Assembly (NCBI RefSeq): GCF_963921235.1
Contig: NC_086097.1
Span: 60,452,001 to 60,516,000, forward strand
DNA from: Mobula hypostoma
Lineage: Eukaryota
Length of the DNA: 64,000 nt
Direction of reading: 5' to 3'
The notes under the pieces were generated by a model. It was given only the letters and a program-made list of their open reading frames with translations. It ran no database searches and was not told the origin of the DNA. The translations under genes and the position numbers were made by a program. Shown piece by piece: positions 49,369-62,746 of the stretch; the first letter of the stretch is position 1, and each line of letters begins with the position of its first letter.

Positions 49369-52199
49369 ACAAACAATGAGCTACTGGAGGAAGTTAGCGG
49401 GTGTCTGAGGCCCTAGTAATGCTCTAAAAATGAGTTCATATGAGTCCAGTGGCAGAAAGTCACTTTACTTCAATCTACCAGCAGCTACACAAGCAGAGCT
49501 GCCCAGTGCACCTCAACCAGAATAGATCTTGAACAGGCCCTTTCATTTAAGCAGAAATGAAAGACTGCAGAGGAGCTAAGTAAGAAAATTATTTACATCT
49601 TTCGATTTAAGTTGGCATAAATTACATTTTAATAATATGTTAAGTATTTGTAATTCTTCTGTTGATTTTAGTAGTCTTTAAATGTTGCTGAATTAATATT
49701 TCTCAACCTCCCTGAATGTCAGAGTCTTTGACAGCTGCTAAGCCCAAGGACAGTGACTGAGTCAGCTATCAAGGCTTTTTCCTGCTACATTGTGGAGTTG
49801 CTTTTTTGTCTGTCCATGTAAAGTCTTTACTCCAGGCTTGGCCCTTGTGCCATGCAAAGTATTATAATTTGGATTGCAAAGACGTTGGAGGTGACTTCAA
49901 ATTTACATGTGTGTTAAAATAAGTACCTGCAGCTCACTGAAACGCAATGCCATTTGCATTATTGCGCAGATCGGTCTATTTGCATTCTATAGATTGATTT
50001 TTATCATGGCCAGACCTCCTAATATATGGTTGGAAGACACTTCTGCTCATCCAGTACTGGAAACTATCAGATAAATTTAGAAACGGTGGAGGAGTCAAAC
50101 AAGGTGGTGATTATGGAGACTGTTATCAACGTGATAATATACTCCATCATTATATTTTCTTACAATGTTGCCAAAGGATAGAGGGTGGAGCTGAGATAAG
50201 AAGGTTTAAGGATATGCCTTTGGAAAATGCTAAGGATGGTGGATGTAGAATGGTGGAAACATGCAAATTGTTTGGAATCATTTAGTTGATTATAGAATTT
50301 AAGCTTAAAAGTTAGATCTAAAGGTATAACAAATGTAGGCAAGGTAGTAGTTAACGCAGTGGAATGCTCCTCCTGTGAGACGAGGGATTTCAGGGTAAAT
50401 GGTCGTCCTGAAGACCACATCGGCAGGATGTACACCACACTTCAGCTCCTGACTGACAAGGTCAAGGAAGTGGAGCTGGAGTTGAATGCACTTCCTAGAG
50501 GTTGAAAACCTTATAGATGAGATTTTTACTGAGGTGGTCATACCCAGTGTGCAGGCTTCAAATAGTAGAAAGTAAGAGGAGTAAGCAGTTAATGAAGGGT
50601 TTCCCTGTGGCCATTCCCCTAAGCAGCAAGTATGCCCATTTTGGTACGTCGGGAGGGAATGGTTTTTCAGGCTACAGCAGCAGCAGCCATACCAGTGGCA
50701 CTGTAGCCAATTCTGAGGCTCGGAAGGGAAGGGTAAATTTAGGCAGAGTGAAAGTGATAGGAGACCCGATAATTAGAGGAACAAACAGGAAATTCTGTGA
50801 TTGAGAAAGAGATGCTAAGATAATGTGTTACCTCTCAGGCGCCAGGGTCCAGGATGTCTCAGAGCAGCTACAGAATATTCTCAAGAGGAAGAGTGAGGAG
50901 TCAGAGGTTGTGGTGTACATTGGCACTAATGATATAGTTAGAAACGGGGAAGAGGTCCTGTGCAGTGAGAATGTGAGTCAGCGAAGAGGCTGAGGGGCAG
51001 GGCATCTAAGGTTGTAATCTCTGGATTACTCTTGGTGCCTCATGCTAGTCAGGGCAGGAATAGGATGATAGTACAGATGAGTGGCTAGCTGAGGAACTGG
51101 TGCAGCAGGCAAGGGTTCAGTTTCTTGGATAATTGGAACGTTTTCTGGGGCATGGGTGACCTGTACAAATGGATTTGGCGGCACCTAAACTGAAGGGGAA
51201 TCAAAACCCTGGCCAGGAGGTTCACTAGTGCTACTTGGGAGGGTTTAAAATAGTTTGGTGGGGGATGGGAACCAGAGAACCAGATCAAAGAGTAGAAGGA
51301 CTGAGAGGAAGGTAGACACCAGTGTGAGTAAAAATAATAGGTATGAAGAATAGATCTATTACTGCAAAGTAATAGTTATGATGGGACAGATAGTTTGAAG
51401 TGTGTATATTTTAATGCAGAATAAAGGTGATAAACTTAGAGCATGGATCAACAAATAGAACTTTAATATAATGGCCATTACAGAGAAGGACAGCAATGAG
51501 TGCTTAATATCTCAAGCTTTTGGTATTTTAGGAAAGATAAGGAGGGAGATAAATGAGGTGAGGGAGTTACTCTACTAATCTGGGACAATATCACTGCTGT
51601 ATTGAGAGGATGCATAATGGAGGGCTCATTCCCCGAGTCTGTATGAGTAGAACTCAAAAATAGGAAGGGTGAAATCACTCTGATGGGATTGTAGTACAGA
51701 CCCAACCCCAATAGCCACCAGGACATTGAGGATCAGATGTGCAGGCAGATTAAAGAAACTTGTAAAAAACAAATAGGGTTGTTGTCATGGGGGCTTCAAC
51801 TTCCCCAGTAGAAGCTGGGATCTTTTTAGTGCAAATGCATAAGCTGGGGCAGAATTTGTTGGGTGCATCCAGGAGGATTTCTTAAATCAATATGTAGAAT
51901 GTCCAACAAGAAGGGGGTAATGAGCCGGGGCAGGTGACTGACCTTTCAGTGGGTGAACACTTAGGGAACAGAGACAACAACTCCTTAAGCTTTAAGAAAT
52001 CTTTAGATAAGGATAAGTGTGGACCTTAATTGGAGCAGGGCAAATTATGAGAGTATTAGGCAGGAACTAATTTGGATCAGTTGTTTTTGGGCAACTCCAC
52101 ATCTGATAGGTGGAGGGTGTTTAAAGACTAATTGCACAGAGTTCAGGACAAGTCTGCTCCAGTAAGAAGGAAGGACAAGGATGGCTTGAATTGAAAACC

Positions 52200-52670
52200 T
52201 TTCATCATGAGTAGAGCCCTCCCCACCGTTGAACACATCTACATGGAGCACTGTCACAGGAAAGCAGCATCCAGCATCAGGGACACCTATCACCCAGGCC
52301 ATACTCTCTTACTGCTAACTTCAGGAAAAAAAGGTACAGGAGCCACAGGACTCACACCACCAGGTACTGGAACAATTATTACCCATAAGTCATTAGGCTC
52401 TTGAACCAGAGGGGATATCTTCACTCAGCTTAACTTTTTCCATCACTGAACTGTTCCCACAAACTAGGGCTCTTCATCTCATGGCCTTGATGTTTATTGC
52501 TTATTTATTATTTTTCATTCTTTTTGTATTTGCACAGTTTGTTGTCTCTTGCGCATTGGTTATGGTCTTTTATTGACTCCGTTGTGTTTATTGAATTTAT
52601 AATGAATGTCCAAAAAAATCAATCTCAAGAATGTATATGATATTGAAAATAAATTTATGTTGAATTTTGA
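52200..52670 (+). mobile_element. Rex1/Babar 3' fragment nested in CR1
   Basis: ALPTVEHIYMEHCHRKAASSIRDTYHPGH; AATAAA tail; CR1 resumes GGTAAGAAAACCTTGGATG. Confidence 0.85.
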
Positions 52671-53040
52671 AGGTAAGAAAACCTTGGATGTCAAGAGAGG
52701 TGATGAAATAGGAAAAGGAAATGTATGTAAAACTTATGAAGCAAGAATCAAGCAGAGCCCTTGATGATTATAAATAAGCCAAGAAAAGAACTCAAGAAGG
52801 AAATCAGGAAAGCCATCAGGGGCCATGAGGTTTCCTTGCCAAGTAATATTAAATAGAATTCCAAGGCATTCCATACGTACATAAAGTGCAAGAGGATTAC
52901 TAGGGAGAGGGTAGGAACACTCAAAGATAAAGGAGGGATCACTTGATTGGATGCTGAGGTTGTGGGTGAAGTCCTTACTGAGTACTTCACATCAGTATTT
53001 ATCAAGGAGAACGATGAGAAGGAGAGGGAGATGAGTGAAG

Positions 53041-53813
53041 ATAAATAGATATACTTTATTGATCCCGAAATTACAGCCACACCAACCAAGAATAGAGCGT
53101 AAATATAGCAATATAAAAACCACAACCAATCAAACAACAAAATGCAAACTATGCCAGATGGAAAATGTCCAGGACCAGTCTATTGGCTCAGGGTGTTTGA
53201 CCCTCCACAGGAGGAGCTGCACGTTCGATGGCCACAGGCAGAAACGACCTCCCGTGGCGCCCAGTGTTGTATCTCGGTGGAATGTGGCCGAAGTCTAACA
53301 GTAAAAAGTTCAATATCCGGTCTACAAACACGTTCCTCGATCGTAATATGGCCTGGATTGCACCATCCGTTGTTAACCAGAATAGTAAGCACCCAACTCC
53401 TTTATGCTTACTGCTCTCAGTGCACTTCCGGTCAGCCAGAACGGTCTGGAAGCCGTCCATGGAGAAGTTTTGATCGGGTATGTCCTCGTGCAGCCCCGTT
53501 CCAGTGAAACACATAACACTGCACTCCTGAAATGTTCTCTGACACCTGGCTAGCGCCGTGAACTCGTCCATTTTATTACCCACTGAACTCCTCTTCTCCA
53601 TAAGTCTCTGTTGTCTCGACTCGGTCCTCTTTCCTCACCTTTGTGATCCCCCTCTGCATCCTCTGTGTGTTTTCCTCCAGATTTCAGCCGGGGCGTCCGC
53701 CACTCTGCTCGCTAAACCGGCCAGCATTAGCGCAAAAAGCTGGTCCCTGGAATACACAATGCGACCTTGCTTCTGTCCCGCGTGTCAGGATGTAAACATT
53801 TACAGCGCTATCT
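53041..53813 (-). mobile_element. Internally deleted Rex1/Babar element (5' UTR and APE N-terminus joined to 3' tail) nested in CR1
   Basis: GNKMDEFTAL..CSVMCFT.TGLHEDIPD and DIELFTVRLRP, followed within about 150 bp by the tail GGGATCAATAAAGTATATCTATTTAT. Confidence 0.75.
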
Positions 53814-56196
53814 ATATTGATATACTATGGCATTGCAAGGGAAAGTAGAAGCTCCTAAAGAGCATTAAGGTAGATAAATTCCCTGGCCCAGATGGGATAT
53901 ACCCCTGGTTATTGAAAGAGGTAAGAGAAGAGATTTCTGGGGCCTTGATCAATATCCTTTTGTCCTTTATAGGCACAGGTGAGGTCCCAGAGGACTGAGT
54001 AGCTAATGTTGCTCCATTATTCAAGAAGGGAACAATGATAATCCTAGAAACTATTGATCGGTGAGCTTCACATCAGTAGTAAGGAAATTAGTGGAGAGAA
54101 ATCTCAGGGATAGGACTTAAGATCATTTGGAAAACCGTGGCCTAATTTGGGAGAGACAGCATGGCTTTGTGAGTGGTAAGTCGTGCTTTACTAACTTGAT
54201 TGAGTTTGTTGACAAACTGATGAGGATGATTAATGAAGGTAGAGCTGTGGATGTTGTCTACCTGGATTTAGGAAGGCATTTGACAAGGTGCTTAATGGGA
54301 GGCCCATCCAGAAGATTAAAATGCATAGGATCCATGGTAAATTGGCCATTTAGATTCAGAATTGGCTTGCCCATGGAAGACAGAGAGTGGTGGTTGAAGG
54401 GACATTCTAACTTAGTGGTTTTCTGCAGGGATCCATACCGGGACCTCTGCTGCTGTGATGCATAAGCTTGTAGATGATACAAAGATTGGTGGTGTTGTGG
54501 ATAGCGTAGAAGACTGGCAAAGAGTACAACACAATATAGACCAGTTGCAGATATGGGCGGAAAAATGGAAGATGGAATCTAACCCAGCCAAATATGAAGG
54601 GCTGCACCTTGGTTGGTCAAATGCAAAAAAAAAAGTACACTGTTAAGGGCAAGATCCTCAACTGTTGATGAGCAGAGGGATCTTGGCGTCCAAGTTCATG
54701 GCTCCCTGAAAGTGGCTATGCAGGTTGATAAGATGCTTAAGAAAGCAAACTGTATGGCATGCTTACCTTTATTAGTAAAGGCATTACGTTCAATGTCAGG
54801 AAGTTATGTTGCAACTTTATAAAATTTTAGTTAGGCTGCATCTGGGGTATAGCATACAGTTCTGGTTGCCTCATTATAGGAAGGATATTGAGGCTTTGAA
54901 GAGGATGTAGAACAGATTTACCAAGAAGTTGCCTGGATTAGAGGGCATGTGCTATAGCATGAGGTTGGACAAACTTTCTTTGTTTTCTCTGGAGTGGAGG
55001 AGACTATAAGGAGATCTAGCAGGTTTATAAGATTACGAAAGGCATAGATAGAGTAGATGGACAATATCTTTTTCCCAGGGTTGAAGTGCCTAAACCAGAA
55101 GGAATGCATTTAAGGTGAGAAGGGGTAATTTCAAGGAAGATGTGAGGGATAGGTTTTTACACAAAGAGTGGTGGTGCCTGGAATGCACTTCCTGAGGAAA
55201 TTACAATGGAGGCTTTTAAGAGACATTTAGGTAAGCACAGGTGGGCACATGAATGGGAGGAATGTGGGAGGATATTGTGTAAACAGAAGAGATTAATATA
55301 GTTAACCTTTTGATTACTAATTTATTTGGTTCAGAACAACATTGTCGGCCAAAAGGCCTGTGTCTGTGCTGTATTGTTCTATGTCCTACAATTAATTCAA
55401 GTTAGTTTCTTGCTCTGACTCTGTAGAAAAGAATGGGGCCAATGAAATTCTATTACTCTCCTCTAGAAAATAGAGAAGAGGCTTTGGAAGAAGATGGTTT
55501 GTCATCTGACCCATAGATGGTAGACGGTAAAGGAAGATGGATTTAATATTTACTTACAATCTTTGCATTACACTGAGCAAGAGGTAGCTTACATATACCA
55601 TGCTCTATAAATTAAAAAGAAATGTTGGAAATCTAAAATAAAGAAGAGAAAATGATGGTAACACTTAGCCAGTCAACATGGAGATCACCTGGGGTAACCA
55701 TGGCCCCCCTCAGTCAGAGATACTCTATTTGTCCTATTCATCCCTCACACACTTTCTCTGCAGTGCAGAACTTGTTTCCTCATGCTTCCAGGATCTTGAA
55801 CCTGAAATATTTATTCTGTTTCCCCTTCCACAGATCTGATCTAAATTACTCAGTGCTCCAGCCTTTTCTGTTCATATTTTTCTGAGTCCTCACTGGCTGA
55901 ATGGAAACATGCTGCTGCAGGTCAAGATACGATTTACTGGAGGAACTCAACAGATCAAACAGTTTTTATGGAAGGGAATAAACAGCTGAAGTTCTGAACC
56001 AAATTAAATATTTTGTTTTTCGTTAGGAGGTACAGAGTGCATGCTCCTGTCACTTCACTTCCTGGACACTACTACCTGGTCGTTTGCTTTATTTCCCAGT
56101 GCGTACTAGAACAACATCTGGGCCCTTCAACATGCTGATTTTGCATGCGGTTCATGATTACGAGCTAACATCTCATGCAAGTTTAAGTTGTTGGTA

Positions 56197-57817
56197 CAGG
56201 TGTCCCCCTCCTTTTCGAACGTTCGCTTTAAGAAACTTCACTGTTACAAAAGACCTACATCAGTTCCCTGTTTTCGCTAACAGAAGGTGTTTTCACCGTT
56301 ACGAAAAAAGGCAGCATGCGATAAAAGCAGCGCACGCCCCGAGCAGCCAAGCTCTTCCCCCGGAACTGCATTCCAGCTGGCATTGCTTAAACACTTGCCT
56401 GTGAGCAGCAGTTAGCAAGATGAATTCTAAGGTATCGGAAAAGCCTGAAAGAGCTCGTAAGGGTGTTACACTTAGCATAAAACTAGACATAACTAAGCAC
56501 TTCGATTGTGGTGAACGAAGTAAGGACAAAGTGAGTTTGGCTTGTGGAAGTTGACGAAGATGATGTTGAAGAGGTTTTGTCATCCCATGACCAAGAACTG
56601 GTAGATGAAGAGCTGATGCAATTGGAAGAGGAAAGGATAACGATCAAAACTGAATGCAGTAACGAACGGACCGAAAGTGAAGTCGTCCAGGAACTGAACA
56701 TGAAGCAACTGCGTGAGATTTTCGCTTCAATGATTGCAGAAAAGTACAACTTTAATTTTGAAAGGGTACATCAGTTTAGGGCATATTTGCAAGATGGTTT
56801 GAGTGCTTACAAAGAACTGTATGATAGAAAAATGCACGAGGCGAAGCAGTCATTTTTCAAGCCTTCCACAGCAGACGACGAACCTCGACCTTCGACATTG
56901 AGGCAGGCAGAGATAGTAGAAGATGACCTACCTGCCCTGATGGAAATAGAAGACAATGAGATGAGATGACACCTCAGTGTCCCTCATTCCCAACCTCTGG
57001 GCCGCGGACCGATACATTGCCGCGGAGAATGCAGCATTTGCCGGGACGCACCCAACACACCCTAAAGAAAAAAAAGCCGAAATAAAGAAGCTCATTAATT
57101 AGGTGCCGCCCGGCACATAATTGGCGGCCCAGATCAGAGGCGATTGCCAATTGCATCGCCTCTGATCTGGGCTGGCATTTACGTGCCGGGCAGCACCTAA
57201 ATAATTAGCTTGTTTATTTCGGCTTTTTTCTTAAAGATGTGCTGGGTGCATCCCGGCTACTGCTGTACCACTGCATGCTTCGTGGATCGGTATCAGTCGG
57301 CAGCCTGGAAGTTGGGGACCACTGCATCACCCCAACCTCTGACAACTCAGCCTTACACACCATCATCAGTGTGCTCGGCGCTGTCTTCCCAATTCCAGTA
57401 AGTGATACTACACTGTACATACATTATTTCTACTTTATATGGGCTGTGTATTTTTATGCGTTATTTGGTATGATTTGGCAGCTTCATAGCTTAAAGGTTA
57501 CTGGAGAGAGTGTTTCTGCCGAGAGCGCTTGCGTGAGATTTTTGCTACAGATAACAGTGCAGCAATGATTGTAGAAAAGTATTTCTACTTTATATTGGGT
57601 ATGTATTTATCATATCATTCCTGCTTTTACTATATGTTACTGTTATTTTAGGTTTTATGTGTTATTTGGCATGATTTGGTAGGTTATTTTTGGGTCTGCG
57701 AACGCTCACAAATCTTTCCCATATAAATAAATGGTAATTACTTCTTCGCTTTACGACATTCCAGCTTACAAACCATTTCATAGGAACGCTCTACCTTCGG
57801 ATGGCGGGGGAAACCTG
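56197..57817 (+). mobile_element. Tigger/pogo DNA transposon, internally deleted
   Basis: TA-CAGGTGTCCCCC ... GGGGGAAACCTG-TA. N-terminal RKGVTLSIKLDITKHFDCGER (CENP-B-type HTH start, ATG 56420) abuts the acidic C-terminus EVDEDDVEEVLSSHDQELVDEELMQLE; no DDE domain. Confidence 0.9.
56975..57324. repeat. ~350-bp imperfect palindrome with hAT-like ends inside Tigger
   Basis: Perfect 18-bp inner arms GCCCAGATCAGAGGCGAT (57127-57144) and ATCGCCTCTGATCTGGGC (57155-57172). Outer ends CAGTG..CCCAAC / GTTGGGGACCACTG. Confidence 0.85.
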
Positions 57818-58137
57818 TACTGTGTTTGGTTCAAGTAATTGAAAGCATAAAATTGAAGCATGCTCTCTGATCAGTCTTTATGTCGTATCATTTACATTTT
57901 TACCTGTGGCCTAATTGAAAGATGCTGATATATTCTTGCATCCTTTTGGAATGCTTCTTCTTGGAAAGATGTCAACAATGGATGCCTGCAATCTCAAAAT
58001 AATAGTGACAACCTGGGTAATTTTTTTCTGTGAATGATCTCTCGGCGAAGTGTACCAGACCCAAAATGTTAGCTGAGTCTCTTTTCACAGATGGTTGACC
58101 TGTTGCATTTCTAGGTTTCTGTTCTAATACAGTGGTT

Positions 58138-58224
58138 CAACACACACAAAATGCTGGAGGAACTCAGCAGGCCAGGCAGCACCTACGGAAAAAAGTACAG
58201 TCGGCGTTTTGGGCCAAAACCCTA
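58138..58224 (-). mobile_element. Short PLE terminal-repeat fragment
   Basis: CACACAAAATGCTGGAGGAACTCAGCAGGCCAGGCAGC..CAGTCGGCGTTTTGGGCC; truncated within hammerhead stem II. Confidence 0.8.
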
Positions 58225-58302
58225 TTGTCTGAATGGGTTGGGATTACTTTCCTAATATCAGAAACTCAGCAGATGCATAATCACCTATTTAAAAGTTTAA
58301 TA

Positions 58303-58693
58303 CAGTGGATTACGTTGGGACCTGTACATTTTGGCCCAATTAAGCGGCTGTCCCCATTTGCCGATTTCATCGAAGTAAAAAAAATCTAGTGCTTTCCACA
58401 CGTACATGACAAATAAACTCTTCTCAGGCTTCAGGCTGGGTACATGTTTCAATTATAACCGGCGTTTTGATGACAAACTCTGCCATCTTCCTCAGGTATG
58501 ATGCCTGGGCATACCTCAATCCAGCTTGAAGCCTGAGAAGAGTTTATTTCATGGAATAGTTAAAAGGTATATAAAAAAAGACAAACTACCATTTAGCTAA
58601 GTCACAATTTATGTTTTTAAATGACATACAGAACAAATTAGAACACTGCCAATACCTCTAAAATACTATAAAACTGTGTAATAGTTCCTAATA
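58303..58693. mobile_element. Probable pogo/Tigger-like MITE fragment, interrupted
   Basis: TA-CAGTGGATT start and GGCCCAATTAAGCGG subterminal motif; other TIR not found. Confidence 0.35.
58411..58549. mobile_element. Fold-back terminal-repeat relic of a third PLE family
   Basis: AAATAAACTCTTCTCAGGCTTCA / TGAAGCCTGAGAAGAGTTTATTT inverted. Minus strand CTGAGGA-A-GATGGC..GTCATC-AAAA-CGCC is hammerhead-like. Confidence 0.7.
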
Positions 58694-58959
58694 CATATAT
58701 GCAAAAATTGTATTATATCGGGTACTGAAAAGAACAATGTCCATGCTAATATTTTCAATTCTTTATTCCTCAGTGGATGAAAGGATAAAGAAAGAATTGA
58801 AAGTATTGGCATGAAAATCGCCAATACTTCCAATTAGCTATTGAATATATTGGCAATTTCTGCATCGACACTGACAGGGTGCTTGGCAGCACCCTTGCAT
58901 TTCATACATTACTGTATTGCATCTGTCCTATGATAAAATTCTGTTTTTAATCTCTTCCC

Positions 58960-59520
58960 CACAATCCTTCCAAATCATTAGATCATCTTTTTCTATTTTA
59001 GGCACCTCCATCACAACACCAAGAACATTTGTACCTCCCTCCTTTCTGCCTTCACCAGTGCAAAAGGGGTACTTCTCCAAATCTTTAATGCACCTCTCAT
59101 TTGCCACCACATTTTTCCCATTCCCTTTGTGCCATCCTGTGTGACTGCAAGAGAGATCACATATGTTATTTCATCCCCTGCCTCTTCTGCTCATTCTCAA
59201 GATCACAAGCAATATTTCCACAGTAAAGAGCAATTTACCTATTATTTTTGACTATAACGTACAACCTTCGCTGCTTAAAACATGGTCTCCCCTTTGAATA
59301 GGCCAAGAGGAGATTTACTGTCTACTTTGGCGAAAATTTCCATTCAGTCTGCAAGAATGACTCCAGACTTCCTGTCACTTTAATTGTTCATCCCACTTCC
59401 AAGCTAAATTTGCTGTCCCTTGCCTCCAACAATGTTCTATTGAAGCTCAAGTAAATTGCTTTTTCTGAATAGATACACTTTAGTCTTCCATTGTCAACAT
59501 TAAATTAAACAGCTTCATAT
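58960..59520 (+). mobile_element. Very old PLE GIY-YIG-region relic
   Basis: Patchy similarity to 45390-45810 (CCTTTCTGCCTTC.., TTTAATTG..TCCCACTTCC). Confidence 0.45.
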
Positions 59521-60685
59521 GATGTTTCTGCCACACCTGTTTAGTAATCTTTCCCACCCATCTTCTGTTTTTCTCATTACACTTTTTTTACAGCTTGTAT
59601 CAGCCCTTCAGCAATATGCCAACTGCAGATGATGTATTTACTAATTATATGAAAGATAATTTTAAACTAAACTAATTGTTTGGTTTTCCTAATTTCAGTA
59701 TGTATTTACATTTGTAATTAATTAAAAGTAGCGTTATCAGTTTTGAATGCACTTAAGTTTTTTAAGTTATTTTTTAAAAACAATCCACTTACTTGATCAG
59801 CAGGGATGTTTCGAAACTACAAAAGAGACCACATGCTGCACAAGACCATCAGGGTCAGCTATTCTCTGGGCCTTAGCTCCCACTGCCCATGATTTCATCT
59901 CCACTCACAGCCCAGTACACTTCATGGAAGAGGCATGGTGGGTGCTCCAGATGGAATTCAGGACCAGTATGGCTTCAAGCATTTAGACTGGCATGGGTAC
60001 AGCACAAATAATGACCATGTGTCTGTGTCTGGGTCTCTTATTCTCAGAACAGCTGCCTCCTGAGTATGTCCATCATTTTCTAATTTATTTTAGAAGACCC
60101 ACTTGCATTTCTTTAATACAATTATTTCTTTGATTGGCTGTTTTACAAATTCTTAGTTATGACCTAATTAAAAATTTTAACCAGAAGGTTCTGTTTCTGG
60201 AATTCCACAAGAGTACTGAGAATCATTTAATCAGCTTTCTGCCAAAGGCTATGGGTTCACTTGCAGCAATAATGTTAGTGCTTAATGCCACTATCAAATA
60301 AACATGGGTTTCAGCCATCAAAACAACAGCATACTTTTGCTATGTATCATTGCAAAAAGAAATTAAAGTCTTATTTCATACCAGCATGATAACATTAATG
60401 GTGTATTATAAGGAAATTATGTCCGTTTATAGTTAGGATAAAGTAAAATGTTGGAACTATTCTCATATGACCATAAAGCATAACATTCCTCTAATGCTGG
60501 GGACACAAGAGTCAGCAAGCAGATGCTGGAATCTAGAGAATATTCAATTTGCTGGAGGACTTTAGTCGATGGAAGAGCATCTGTAGGGGTGTTGGGGGTC
60601 AGAGTTGGGGAGGAAATTATCACCATTTTGGATCAAAATCATGCATCAGGTTAGGTTTCAAAGCAAAATGTTAACTGCTTGTTGC

Positions 60686-61091
60686 TGTTGTGTAAAGGAA
60701 GCCATGGAGAGCAGTGGTGGTCGATATGAAGCAGTCTCTTTATTCAACAAATTATCACAAGTAAGTTGACAGCCTTCAGAGTCATGAGAGAGGGAGGGAG
60801 ATATCAAAGGATAATTCCATATTTACAATGCTTCCCTTGAACTTCATGCCTGGATCTTCCCACCATCACACCTCCCTGTTTGCCCCTATATTACAGACAC
60901 CCAAATATGCACAAGTAACACATTTAAATCCGTATTGCCTGTTCTTCCAAGTAACTTGGTTCATGGTTCTTAGGAACCTATTGTTCAGAATTGCATTTTA
61001 GATTTAATCCACGACTTGAATCTGGAGACTAGTGGCTGAAGTCAGTTAAAATTACTTGCTACATGTGCTAAACCCAAAAATTGCTCTAACA
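60686..61091 (-). mobile_element. Solo LTR-like repeat
   Basis: Plus-strand TGTT...CTAACA termini; minus-strand AATAAA about 55 bp from its 3' end; no clear TSD. Confidence 0.5.
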
Positions 61092-61590
61092 ACTTACTCC
61101 CATAAATTAGCAATTACATGAATGTTTAATGATGTAAATCAAGATGGATACTATCACAATGGCAAATATTCTAGATAAAGGGAACTACTGTGGGAGGAAG
61201 TATGCACCCACCTGCAAACATTCTCACAAAAAATTGTTACAGTAGATTTATGGTGCGAAAAACAGCTCCTCAGTGCAGCTCTCCTAATTCTGTTCTTCTT
61301 CAAAAAATTTGATATAACCGGTGTATATGAGCTATAGAGTTAACTACTGATCTGGTCCCTGCTTCCAATCTAGAAGAGAAAACCCAGGATACGGAACCAC
61401 TGCATTATGAGATTATAAATTTGCATTTATTAAGATGTACAATAGCTCTCAGCTACTTTACCAAATGATCGCATAAGAATAGAATTAATTCATATTGACT
61501 GAAGAATACAAATGCATTGTTATAAAGGGCTGCAAGTAAGATGGATATGATATGCAGTAGCAAGGATCATTTAAATATAAAGATTCCATT

Positions 61591-61842
61591 TGTTACGTTT
61601 TGTAACTCCAAAACAGTAAAGATAATTGAAAGGAAACCAAAAGAGCCAGGAATACAAATCTAACTTTGATTTTACTTTAAGAAAAGCGTGCACGTATAAC
61701 GTGGTAGTATCATGATGTATGCAATTTGCTTATTTTTACATACTGTATAACCCACAATAAATTATTTAATCAAACAAGAATACTTAATCAAACAATATAG
61801 TTGGAATATTATTCAAAATATTACTTCAATATTCTTGCAGCA
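61591..61842. mobile_element. Short solo LTR
   Basis: TGTTACG...TGCAGCA flanked by CATT on both sides (61587-61590, 61843-61846). Confidence 0.6.
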
Positions 61843-62746
61843 CATTGGGTTAACAACACCAAATCCAAGACCTTCTGGTTTCAGAAGATGTGGCAGGTTG
61901 TATCTGTCCCTATTAGCATTTGGTATCAATGTAATCATAAGCATCAGTCATGAGGATATTAGCTCATAGACTAATGGGAATAGCTTTACTGGAACAGAAT
62001 TCCATAATATTTGACAATTGACTGAATCGTCATGATCTATGGAGAGCAAACGTTTGAAAAAGTAATGTCATTGTAAAGTTTTGAACTGGCAATTTTGACT
62101 AGAATGATTACATTCAGTCATTCTGTCAGCAGGAAATAAGACCTGACTGTAAATGGCAACTCCAACATAAATCACCCAAGGAATGAACATCATTTCCATG
62201 ATAACAGGGCCAGGAACAAAGAAGAATTTATTGGCCATCAAAAAAGTAGGGAAAAGAAAGTGTTAGAGGGTTTTCAGATCTCTCTGAATAATTTGTCAAT
62301 GACCTTGTTTTTATTAAGCCTGCGATTAAAAACCTGCCGCCGTCTGGTTTCAAGAATGAGCCATTACTGAGAAAACTCTGCACATTTGAAGTGGGTGATC
62401 TGAACCAAGCTGAAAAACAGGCTTCAAGTCTGCTTAGAATTACATAATGTTGCCACCTGCATGTTAAACACCTCCAGAGGCAAATTACCCAAGAAATGTC
62501 TCAAATAATACCCGACTTAAAACTAGATTAGACAACTTTTAAAAACCTTTTGATGTGAGAAATAGGAATGCAAAACTGGCCTTTTTACTCACATTTTACT
62601 TCTTTCATTTGCTTTTCTCACATTAAAGGCCCTTCCTGAATTATAACAGAAAATCTACTAACTTACAAATAATATCTACCCCAGTTGTTGAGGGAACAGC
62701 CCTGAAAAAATTCTCTTGGGGATGTAGGGTTCTCAGAAATACTCAT

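Larger units (their letters stand above)
50310..55385 (+). mobile_element. Near full-length decayed CR1 LINE (ORF1 Zn-finger/zipper and esterase; ORF2 endonuclease and RT) with two nested Rex1 pieces
   Basis: AVECSSC..LQLLTDKVKEVELEL; VIGDPIIRG; VYIGTNDI; QHGFVSGKSCFTNLIEF; VDDTKIGG; CR1 3' UTR ending TGTTCTATG. Confidence 0.92.

Noticed and set aside
56544..56969. Host TIGD-type gene
   Set aside because: Bounded by TIRs and TA TSD, lacks the DDE domain, and is out of frame with the HTH start.
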